This document shows, piece by piece, positions 53,115 through 64,000 of a DNA stretch of 64,000 nucleotides (the first letter of the stretch is position 1; each line of letters opens with the position of its first letter). The position numbers and the translations under genes are program-made. The notes beneath the pieces were generated by a model. The model did no database searches and was not told the origin of the DNA. It saw nothing but the letters and a program-made list of their open reading frames with translations. Source of the stretch: Escherichia coli (GTDB lineage Bacteria > Pseudomonadota > Gammaproteobacteria > Enterobacterales > Enterobacteriaceae). The DNA lies in the NCBI RefSeq assembly GCF_016903815.1, contig NZ_CP069973.1; one strand, written 5' to 3'.

Positions 53115-53480
53115 ATGATTGATGTCTTAGGGCCGGAGAAACGCAGACGGCGTACCACACAGGAAAAGATCGCAATTGTTCAGCAGAGCTTTGAACCGGG
53201 GATGACGGTCTCCCTCGTTGCCCGGCAACATGGTGTAGCAGCCAGCCAGTTATTTCTCTGGCGTAAGCAATACCAGGAAGGAAGTCTTACTGCTGTCGCC
53301 GCCGGAGAACAGGTTGTTCCTGCCTCTGAACTTGCTGCTGCCATGAAGCAGATTAAAGAACTCCAGCGCCTGCTCGGCAAGAAAACGATGGAAAATGAAC
53401 TCCTCAAAGAAGCCGTTGAATATGGACGGGCAAAAAAGTGGATAGCGCACGCGCCCTTATTGCCCGGGGATGGGGAGTAA
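53115..53480 (+). CDS. insC: IS2 transposase InsC (orfA)
   Basis: [56 protein letters not shown]. Confidence 0.95.
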
Positions 53481-54343
53481 GCTTAGTCAGCCGTTGTCTC
53501 CGGGTGTCGCGTGCGCAGTTGCACGTCATTCTCAGACGAACCGATGACTGGATGGATGGCCGCCGCAGTCGTCACACTGATGATACGGATGTGCTTCTCC
53601 GTATACACCATGTTATCGGAGAGCTGCCCACGTATGGTTATCGTCGGGTATGGGCGCTGCTTCGCAGACAGGCAGAACTTGATGGTATGCCTGCGATCAA
53701 TGCCAAACGTGTTTACCGGATCATGCGCCAGAATGCGCTGTTGCTTGAGCGAAAACCTGCTGTACCGCCATCGAAACGGGCACATACAGGCAGAGTGGCC
53801 GTGAAAGAAAGCAATCAGCGATGGTGCTCTGACGGGTTCGAGTTCTGCTGTGATAACGGAGAGAGACTGCGTGTCACGTTCGCGCTGGACTGCTGTGATC
53901 GTGAGGCACTGCACTGGGCGGTCACTACCGGCGGCTTCAACAGTGAAACAGTACAGGACGTCATGCTGGGAGCGGTGGAACGCCGCTTCGGCAACGATCT
54001 TCCGTCGTCTCCAGTGGAGTGGCTGACGGATAATGGTTCATGCTACCGGGCTAATGAAACACGCCAGTTCGCCCGGATGTTGGGACTTGAACCGAAGAAC
54101 ACGGCGGTGCGGAGTCCGGAGAGTAACGGAATAGCAGAGAGCTTCGTGAAAACGATAAAGCGTGACTACATCAGTATCATGCCCAAACCAGACGGGTTAA
54201 CGGCAGCAAAGAACCTTGCAGAGGCGTTCGAGCATTATAACGAATGGCATCCGCATAGTGCGCTGGGTTATCGCTCGCCACGGGAATATCTGCGGCAGCG
54301 GGCTTGTAATGGGTTAAGTGATAACAGATGTCTGGAAATATAG
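53438..54343 (+). CDS. insD: IS2 transposase InsD (orfB)
   Basis: 301-aa ORF with the IS3-family DDE core; overlaps insC in the frameshift arrangement. Confidence 0.95.
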
Positions 54344-54355
54344 GGGCAAATCCAA

Positions 54356-55084
54356 GTGGCTTTACCGGAAGCCATGGTGAAGGGATATATCACCCGCCTG
54401 GAGAACCAGCCTGTGCAGGGGGAAGTATCGTCTCCGGTAACGCTACTGGCGCAGGCACTCAGGCTTGAAGCTCCGGATGTGCAGGAACATCAGACCCTGC
54501 CGCACTCCCGTCTGGTGTATGTTGTTTCTGAAACAAAAACAGAGCCCACACTCTTCCTTCAAAAATCCCCGCTCACGTTTCTGAAAACGTTTGTTACAGG
54601 TGTCTGTACGGCATTGCTGGCGGTCTGCGTGGCCATTCCGGGATGGCAGTTTCTGACACAGCCATCACCGGCGGAGCAGCAACTCAGGGCGCTGCTGACA
54701 CCCTCACCGGATGTGCTTTCAGCAGACCAGATGATGCAGCTCAGCAGAACACTGTTAAATCATGCGTCAGAGTGGATAACCCTTTCCGGTCAGCAGATAA
54801 CGCGACTGACAGAATTCCCCCCGGCATACAACCTGCAACGCAGTGTGCAATTGCTGCAGCAACTGATGGTACTTTTCCCCGACAATCCTCGTGTTCAGGA
54901 AATGGTGGATAACTGGCAGAAGAGTGCAAGGAGTCGTGCGCTCCCGGAAGAGGCGATGACTGGCTGGAACGAAGGCATGACCCGCTTACAGCTGTTGGCT
55001 GAGCGCCTGAACCGTCCGGATGAACAGCGGGGAAAATACATGACGGTCAGTGAGCTGAAAACGGAGGTGTCTGGCATCATGTAG
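54356..55084 (+). pseudogene. Membrane protein gene split by IS2 (5' 60 bp at 52964..53023, remainder here); possible VasL-like C-terminal part
   Basis: Reading frame is continuous across the IS2 target duplication; contains a transmembrane segment. Confidence 0.55.
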
Positions 55085-55275
55085 GCTTTTAACCGGCATA
55101 TCCTGGCAGAAGAACAGTTGTGTCACTATGGTGAAGTCCGCAACCAGAATGGAAGCGAGCAGCAGCAAAAACAAATGAAAGATGCATTTGTTAAGCTGAT
55201 TCACGTTTACTGTTTTATATAAAGCCTTTAGGATGTGGGGGAAGGGGAGTGTTGCAATTTATTCGGTGAGATAGT

Positions 55276-55983
55276 TTGTTTGTGGAGTGTTTAAGCGCTT
55301 TTGGATGTTCGTCTGTTGTTTCGAATAGTATGGTGAATATGAATGGTAAATATAATGTCAGGAGTGAATTGTTAGCTCGTTGTATCGGAACTGGTAGATT
55401 GAAAGGAGATGTGAGAAGTGATTTTATTGGGTTTAATGGTAGTAAACAGGTAGGTTATGTTTTATTAACTTTGTTCTTAACGAAAGTAATAAATTCTGAT
55501 TTGCTCTCTCATTATCGTATATTTAATCGTTTTTTGCATTATGAGAGAAAAGTTATGGACATATATAATTCTTTGAGTGATATAGAAGTTGATTGTATTT
55601 GCCAGGAAGTGATGGCTATATATGAACATACTCAGCGATGCTGCAACGAAAAGAAAATCACAACTATCCAGTTAGGCAGGAAACTTAATGGCAGGTATGC
55701 AGATACGATTGCTGAGTTAAAAGAAACAGCAGAGATAAGAGGGGAGGATGTGATTTCTTTTGAGATGGATATATTGAATTCTTTTAATGATGCGGATGAA
55801 TATCACGGACGTGTTAAACTGGAGTTGGATATACCTGCTTCAGATATATTATATTGCCATGATTTTATTGATTCAAAACATGTAAACTCCTGGTTGGTTG
55901 AACCACATGAGTGGGTGGTTATAAATCGTTCTCTCAATGGGATTGTTACAGTGCCAGTATCATCAATAAAGATTCTTTATTGA
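55276..55983 (+). CDS. Hypothetical protein, AT-rich gene (start uncertain)
   Basis: ORF only. Confidence 0.45.
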   Translation: MFVECLSAFGCSSVVSNSMVNMNGKYNVRSELLARCIGTGRLKGDVRSDFIGFNGSKQVGYVLLTLFLTKVINSDLLSHYRIFNRFLHYERKVMDIYNSLSDIEVDCICQEVMAIYEHTQRCCNEKKITTIQLGRKLNGRYADTIAELKETAEIRGEDVISFEMDILNSFNDADEYHGRVKLELDIPASDILYCHDFIDSKHVNSWLVEPHEWVVINRSLNGIVTVPVSSIKILY

Positions 55984-56123
55984 TAAATATGTTTGTAATA
56001 TGTTTTATATGTTCATCAGGATGAAAGTAAGCAATTTTAGTAGTGGCTAATTAAACGTCATTTAATGTTTGTTGCTATATGTTGAAAGCATAAACAGGTT
56101 TCTTTTGCATAAAGTAAAAATAA

Positions 56124-57356
56124 ATGAATGATAATTTTTTAACGGAGAAAGTCCTTACTGGAGAGAATGTTCTGCGTGCAGCAATTGCTCGTATTGAGTG
56201 GATTTTTGAAATATTTCCATCAGTTTGTCTCTCTTTTTCCGGTGGTAAAGATTCCACCGTGCTTTTCCATCTTGTGGCTGATGTGGCCCGCAGGAAAAGA
56301 CGTCGTTTCTCTGTACTGTTCATTGACTGGGAGGCTCAGTACCAGTGCACCATTGAACATATTCAGAAGATGCGGGAAATGTACCATGATGTGACGGAAA
56401 CCTTTTACTGGGTGGCGCTTCCCCTGACCACGGTAAACGGTGTCTCGCAGTTTCAACCGGAGTGGATATGCTGGGAGCCTCGTGTGACCTGGGTTCGCCA
56501 GCCACCGGAAGAGGCCATTACGGATATGGCGTATTTTCCCTTTTACCGGTATGCCATGACGTTTGAAGAATTTGTTCCGGCATTTTCTTCCTGGTTTGCT
56601 GGCAACCGGTGTGGAGTGGCAGTGCTGACCGGTGTCCGGGCGGATGAATCCCTCAACCGCTTTATGGGACTGGTGTCCCAGCGCAAACTGAGATATGCCG
56701 ATGATAAGCCTTGGACCACGGCATCGCCTGAAGGGTTTTACTACACTATGTATCCGCTGTATGACTGGAAAACTCGTGATATCTGGATATATCACACCAG
56801 AACCCGTGCCATCTACAATCCCCTGTATGATCTGATGTACCGTGCCGGCGTACCGTTACGCAACATGCGTGTCTGTGAACCTTTTGGTCCTGAACAACGT
56901 AAGGGACTGTGGCTTTACCATGTTCTGGAACCGGAAACCTGGGCCAGGATGTGTGAGCGGGTGTCAGGGGCTGCCAGCGGGGCACTTTATGCCAATGAAA
57001 GCGGGGCTTATTTTGCCCTGCGTAAGCGCATATCAAAACCAGCCCATCATACCTGGCGCAGCTATGCGATGTTTCTGCTGGATGTGATGCCGGAAAGAAC
57101 GGCAGAACATTACCGCAACAAGATAGCTGTCTATCTGCGCTGGTATCAGACGCGGGGCTTCCCGGATGACATCCCGGATGAACAGGAGAATGACCTGGGG
57201 AGCCGGGATATTCCGTCCTGGCGACGTATCTGTAAGACTCTCATAAAGAATGATTTCTGGTGCCGTACCCTCTCCTTCAGTCCGAACAAACCCCGGCACT
57301 ATGAACGTTATCTGCAGCGTATGAAAGAAAGGAGGAAGGAATGGGGGATTCTGTGA
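56124..57356 (+). CDS. PAPS-reductase-family PP-loop protein with C-terminal extension (IbrA/YbdN-like)
   Basis: PP-loop motif SFSGGKDST; 410 aa; followed by an overlapping ParB-like gene. Confidence 0.75.
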   Translation: MNDNFLTEKVLTGENVLRAAIARIEWIFEIFPSVCLSFSGGKDSTVLFHLVADVARRKRRRFSVLFIDWEAQYQCTIEHIQKMREMYHDVTETFYWVALPLTTVNGVSQFQPEWICWEPRVTWVRQPPEEAITDMAYFPFYRYAMTFEEFVPAFSSWFAGNRCGVAVLTGVRADESLNRFMGLVSQRKLRYADDKPWTTASPEGFYYTMYPLYDWKTRDIWIYHTRTRAIYNPLYDLMYRAGVPLRNMRVCEPFGPEQRKGLWLYHVLEPETWARMCERVSGAASGALYANESGAYFALRKRISKPAHHTWRSYAMFLLDVMPERTAEHYRNKIAVYLRWYQTRGFPDDIPDEQENDLGSRDIPSWRRICKTLIKNDFWCRTLSFSPNKPRHYERYLQRMKERRKEWGIL

Positions 57357-57979
57357 CACCGGAGATACTGAGCAACATGATTCGTCAGTACTTCAGCCAG
57401 GAACGACCAGAAGAAGAGGCCATACAGGCCCTGAATCATCTGCGCAGGGTGCTTCATGAGGTCAGTCCATTTGCACAGGAGCCTGTGGACTGTGTGCTGT
57501 GGGTGAAAGCAGATGAGGTGGTGGCCAACGATTATAACCCCAATGTCATGGCGCCGGGTGAGAAGAAACTGCTGAAACATTCACTGGAGCAGGATGGGTT
57601 CACGCAGCCTGTGGTTGTCTCGGAAGAGAAGGAGCATTATCTGGTCGTGGATGGTTTTCATCGTCAATTACTGGGCAGGGAAGCAGGTACGGGAAAACGC
57701 CTGAAGGGCTGGTTGCCAGTGACCTGTATTAATCCGGAAAGAAAGGGACAGGCCTCACGTATTGCTGCAACCATTAGACATAACCGGGCCAGGGGGAAGC
57801 ACCAGATAACTTCAATGTCTGATATTGTCAGGGACCTGTCGCGGCTGGGCTGGACGGATGAACGTATTGGTACGGAGCTGGGTATGGACCAGGATGAAGT
57901 TCTCAGGTTGAAACAGATTAGCGGGCTGACGGAGCTGTTTCTGGAAGAGGATTTCAGTCCGGCATGGACGATTCGCTGA
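57341..57979 (+). CDS. ParB-like nuclease-domain protein (IbrB/YbdM-like)
   Basis: ParB/Srx-type motif VVDGFHRQ; 16-bp overlap with the upstream gene. Confidence 0.7.
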   Translation: MGDSVTPEILSNMIRQYFSQERPEEEAIQALNHLRRVLHEVSPFAQEPVDCVLWVKADEVVANDYNPNVMAPGEKKLLKHSLEQDGFTQPVVVSEEKEHYLVVDGFHRQLLGREAGTGKRLKGWLPVTCINPERKGQASRIAATIRHNRARGKHQITSMSDIVRDLSRLGWTDERIGTELGMDQDEVLRLKQISGLTELFLEEDFSPAWTIR

Positions 57980-58018
57980 GACCGTCATATATGTATATTA
58001 TTTCAGTGAGTTAATGTT

Positions 58019-58327
58019 TTGAGCAGGAAAAAGAGTACCCCGGAAGTCGTGGAATACATGGTTGCACAGAAGCTGGAGGCTGCGGGTTGCTGGCGCAGAG
58101 CTTCCGCCCGCTGGCTTTTTGTTATGGGAAATGTTGAATGTACAGAAGCACAACGGGAGTGGTTGTTGTTGCGCAGGAATTATTGCCTGGCGCAGATATC
58201 GTCCCCGCCGCTACCTGAAAAGCTGGATATCAGCGAAGTGGCGAAAGCTGCAGATGCCACGCTGAGGCGAATGGGGATTGCCAGTCCGTCCGGGGAGGTA
58301 TTCAGAAAAGGTACACCGGTCTGTTGA
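58019..58327 (+). CDS. PerC-family transcriptional regulator-like small protein; start uncertain (TTG 58019 or ATG 58058)
   Basis: KLEAAGCWRRASARW resembles the conserved PerC-family core; from memory. Confidence 0.5.
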   Translation: MSRKKSTPEVVEYMVAQKLEAAGCWRRASARWLFVMGNVECTEAQREWLLLRRNYCLAQISSPPLPEKLDISEVAKAADATLRRMGIASPSGEVFRKGTPVC

Positions 58328-58347
58328 TATTCAGGTAACAGGTATTA

Positions 58348-58992
58348 ATGATGAAGAAAGGAATGGCAAACAGTATATCAATGACATGGCAACTTTTATG
58401 CGATGATCATGGTTTTACCCGGGAGCACTACAATCAGCTGAAGAAATTCAGCCCGGAGGCATTACGTGAAATTATTGCTGAAATAGCCTGCTGCCATCCG
58501 TCAACCAGTATATTGCTCAGGAATAAGTGGCTGACACTGCCGGAGGATATTCCGGAGCAGGTTACCCGTGAATACGAACGAAGAATACAGAACTGTCCAT
58601 CTTTCAGGAGCGAGAAAGAGGCGGAATCCTGGCTAAATGAACTGTTTTTTGCTGTGATTGCGCCGCTATACCGGGTTGTCCCCGGACAATCAGAACAGGT
58701 TGAATCCTTTGTTCTGCAGCTTATTGCCGAACAGGAGCGGGTTTGGGAGCTTATTCTAACCAATGATGGTTATTCATGGCATTGCGCACTTTATGATATA
58801 TTATTTCATCTGGTTTTACGAAATATGGAAGACCAGCCTGAACATCAGAGACAGCGAATAACAAAAATACTTAATGAGTCCGATACAAGGCGGGTTGCAG
58901 AAGAGATTAAATTCCGGATTCAATATCTTCAGGATGAAGAACAAAAGAGAGTTTTAAGTGAGTTGGTAAATGTCCTGATTTCAAAAAGATAA
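58348..58992 (+). CDS. Hypothetical protein (214 aa)
   Basis: ORF in the same-strand cluster. Confidence 0.5.
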   Translation: MMKKGMANSISMTWQLLCDDHGFTREHYNQLKKFSPEALREIIAEIACCHPSTSILLRNKWLTLPEDIPEQVTREYERRIQNCPSFRSEKEAESWLNELFFAVIAPLYRVVPGQSEQVESFVLQLIAEQERVWELILTNDGYSWHCALYDILFHLVLRNMEDQPEHQRQRITKILNESDTRRVAEEIKFRIQYLQDEEQKRVLSELVNVLISKR

Positions 58993-59056
58993 AACATGTC
59001 GGAGTAATTTTTCTATATATTAAAAAAACAGGTTTGTATTACCATAAAGGAGATCG

Positions 59057-59380
59057 GTGAATAACCGTTATTGGATGATCTCCTTCCATAAAAATACGCG
59101 CAATCTAACGGTTCGCTCTGTGCCAAAAAAAGACATTGCTCACAATATCGAGTTAATCATTCGGCCGTTGAACATTCCCATTGAAAAATTTCTCAGTATA
59201 GAATATACCAATGTTGAGGGCATTCCTCTTACATCTCGAAGGATAACTATCATGGGTCTAAAACCAGGTCCAAAACCAATTGCTAAGTCAACAGGAAAAC
59301 CGGATCAACGCCGACGCGATAATAAAGATACTCCTGGCAATACTCCGGGATTAAAGCCAAGTAAGTCCACAGGTAAGTAA
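59057..59380 (+). CDS. Hypothetical small protein with Lys/Pro-rich C-terminus; start uncertain (GTG 59057, ATG 59075 or ATG 59252)
   Basis: ORF only. Confidence 0.3.
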   Translation: MNNRYWMISFHKNTRNLTVRSVPKKDIAHNIELIIRPLNIPIEKFLSIEYTNVEGIPLTSRRITIMGLKPGPKPIAKSTGKPDQRRRDNKDTPGNTPGLKPSKSTGK

Positions 59381-59388
59381 AAAATAAG

Positions 59389-59412
59389 GGTATAAATACT
59401 TATTTATACCCT
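59389..59412 (-). terminator. Rho-independent terminator (perfect 11-bp stem GGGTATAAATA / TATTTATACCC) with T-run on the minus strand
   Basis: Hairpin read directly from sequence. Confidence 0.65.
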
Positions 59413-59427
59413 GACTACATATCCAGT

Positions 59428-60210
59428 CTACTGAAGGTGTTTCTGCAGCCAGATGCACGTTCCTTCTATATCATACGCCTGTGCCCCATACCCTTTAGCA
59501 AGCAAAGTCTCTGGTAAATACTCGTCATATTTATCCAGATACTTGTCGGGAACAACTGCAGCAAGCTCAAACTCTGAAGGTAGCCCCGACAATAGCATTT
59601 TCTTAAGTGCACGCTGGACAGAGGCAACGCCTGAGTCCTCTACCTCTATCACACCTGCAAATGAACTGGCTTTAAAGCCACAACGTATAATCAGGGACGT
59701 AATTGTATTGACAATTTTATCCCCCATCCACGGGATCACGTAGCAGTTCTGACCACTGGCAATAAAACAGTCATTTTGTAGATTGTAGCGTTGGAAGTTG
59801 TCACTTCCTTCCGCGAAGAGGCTTCTGGCTGCGGCATCAGCATAATCGACTCTCTTGTTGCCTACCGCGATACGGTAATCATTTTCCCTGTAGATAGTGA
59901 GCATTTCCTGGCGAACAACATCATGAACAGACATCCCGGTACCACTGAATAGTGGCGGCTGACCGCCTTTAGTCGTCTCAACATAGATAACCTTTTTTTC
60001 AACCTCGATCTCTGTCACTTTCCAGCGCCGTCCGCCGAAGATGATGTGCTGCTCCGGCAAAAGTGGGGAGTCTACAGGCACTGTGCCAAGAGTTCGGTTT
60101 CCCGTTACAATGCGAAACTCCTCAGGTGTATTGAATACGGCATAAAACGTGTAGTGATTAGTCAGCTTCTCCCCCTCAGCCCCGACAACTATTTCACCGC
60201 TGGTTAGTTG
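59428..60210 (-). pseudogene. 3' remnant of a gene truncated by the IS629-like element; function unknown
   Basis: The ORF's first ~14 codons are read from IS sequence, so the native 5' end is missing. Confidence 0.5.
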
Positions 60211-60604
60211 AGTGAGCAGTACGGGGTCGGACCGGTATGCAGCGAACTGCATATTGCCCCGTCAACGTATTACCATTGTCAGCAACAGCGACATCATCCG
60301 GATAAACGCAGTGCCCGTGTGCAGCACGATGACTGGCTGAAGAGAGAGATACAGCGCGTATACGATGAAAATCATCAGGTGTACGGTGTGCGTAAAGTCT
60401 GGCGTCAGTTGTTACGGGAAGGAATCAGGGTGGCCAGATGTACAGTGGCGCGCCTCATGGCGGTTATGGGACTTGCCGGTGTTCTCCGGGGTAAAAAGGT
60501 CCGTACGACCATCAGCCGGAAAGCCGTTGCCGCAGGCGACCGCGTAAACCGTCAGTTCGTGGCAGAACGTCCTGACCAGTTGTGGGTGGCTGATTTTACT
60601 TACG

Positions 60605-63344
<2,740 letters not shown>

Positions 63345-63389
63345 TGAGTTCACAGATAAAACACTCTCCAGGAAACCCGGGGCGGTTCA

Positions 63390-63532
63390 TTCCTAAAAAG
63401 ACATGTCTTGCCCAATATACTCAACATGAACTAGATCTGGTTGCTGCTCAGCTAAACAACAGACCGAGAAAGACACTGAAATTCAAAACACCGAAAGAGA
63501 TAATTGAAAGGGGTGTTGCATTGACAGATTGA
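63390..63532 (+). pseudogene. IS30-family transposase, C-terminal fragment
   Basis: Translation ...[29 protein letters not shown] matches the IS30-family C-terminal motif. Confidence 0.6.
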
Positions 63533-63538
63533 ATCTAC

Positions 63539-63874
63539 AGTAGCCTTTTTTAATATTTCATTCTCCATTTCAATGCGTTGTAGCTTTTTCCTCAGCTTAC
63601 GTATTTCGATTTGTTCTGGTGTTATCGGAGAGGCTTTTGGTGTTTTGCCCTGATGCTCATCACGCAGTTGTTTGACCCATCTTGTCATTGTGGAAAGGCC
63701 AACATCCATAGCTTTGGCGGCATCTGCCACCGTGTATTTCTGGTCAACAACCAGTTGAGCGGATTCGCGTTTAAACTCTGCGCTAAAATTTCTTTTTTTC
63801 ATTGGAGCACCTGTGTTGTTCTGAGGTGAGCATATCACCTCTGTTCAGGTGGCCAAATTCAGTGTGCCACTTCA
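63539..63874 (-). mobile_element. IS911 fragment (left inverted repeat and 5' part of orfA)
   Basis: [49 protein letters not shown] matches IS911 OrfA, diverging after ILKKAT; terminal ...AGTGTGCCACTTCA. Confidence 0.8.
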
Positions 63875-64000
63875 AGCCGGGAGCGGCGTCAGCCAGTCTC
63901 CCTTTACCCGCGCTTTTTCGGAAAGCCCACCCCAATGTTTTTCTCCTACACCCCAGCCGGTCAGCAGGACCTTATCCCCGGTCTGATATTCAGGATGTGA

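Larger units (their letters stand above)
53024..54354 (+). mobile_element. IS2, complete 1331-bp copy flanked by 5-bp target-site duplication AGTGG
   Basis: Left end TAGACTGGCCCCCTGAATCTCC, right end ...GGGGCAAATCCA; AGTGG at 53019..53023 and 54355..54359. Confidence 0.95.

Noticed and set aside
52961-59105. The 24-nt motif as a minus-strand ribosome-binding site (its reverse complement contains GGAAGGAG)
   Set aside because: No credible minus-strand gene follows at either site; the plus-strand coding interpretation is better supported.

Overview
Enterobacterial (Escherichia coli-like) chromosome. The window opens in the lysine decarboxylase locus (5' part of cadB, the Pcad intergenic region, cadC), then runs through a large mosaic genomic island inserted at the pheU tRNA site. 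Only a 22-nt tRNA-Phe 3'-end repeat is visible at 3231..3252; no integrase or intact tRNA lies in the window. Island modules in order: (1) a CP4-like cryptic-prophage module on the minus strand (GTPase, WYL regulator, lipoprotein, DUF932, KlcA antirestriction, RadC, DUF987, CbeA/CbtA toxin-antitoxin, YeeW-like, DUF4942-like); (2) an AT-rich block with unrecognised genes (11.0-14.6 kb); (3) a YagK/YfjJ-like gene, an acetyltransferase and a pseudouridine-utilisation paralog cluster; (4) a second P4-like remnant (two YagK/YfjJ-like genes, AlpA) ending in an IS2 fragment, an RND efflux pump pseudogene, a TetR gene and an AraC fragment; (5) a ~20 kb glycyl-radical-enzyme bacterial microcompartment operon (GRM3/grp-like) with a PocR-type two-component system, a dedicated MetK paralog, and a degenerate group II intron; (6) a block with a NERD-SF1 helicase fusion, an IS2-disrupted ImpA_N/VasL-like gene, and an IbrA/IbrB-like PAPS-reductase/ParB pair with a PerC-like regulator; (7) an IS graveyard where an IS629-like orfB carries an intact group II intron, nested in IS30-family and IS911 fragments. 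All family assignments come from reading the translations against remembered family sequences and motifs; no database search was run. The most likely candidates for something undescribed are the AT-rich 407-aa zinc-finger-like protein (11070..12293), the NERD-helicase gene (50358..52145) and the IbrAB-centred five-gene cluster (55276..59380); the microcompartment locus itself looks like a known type.
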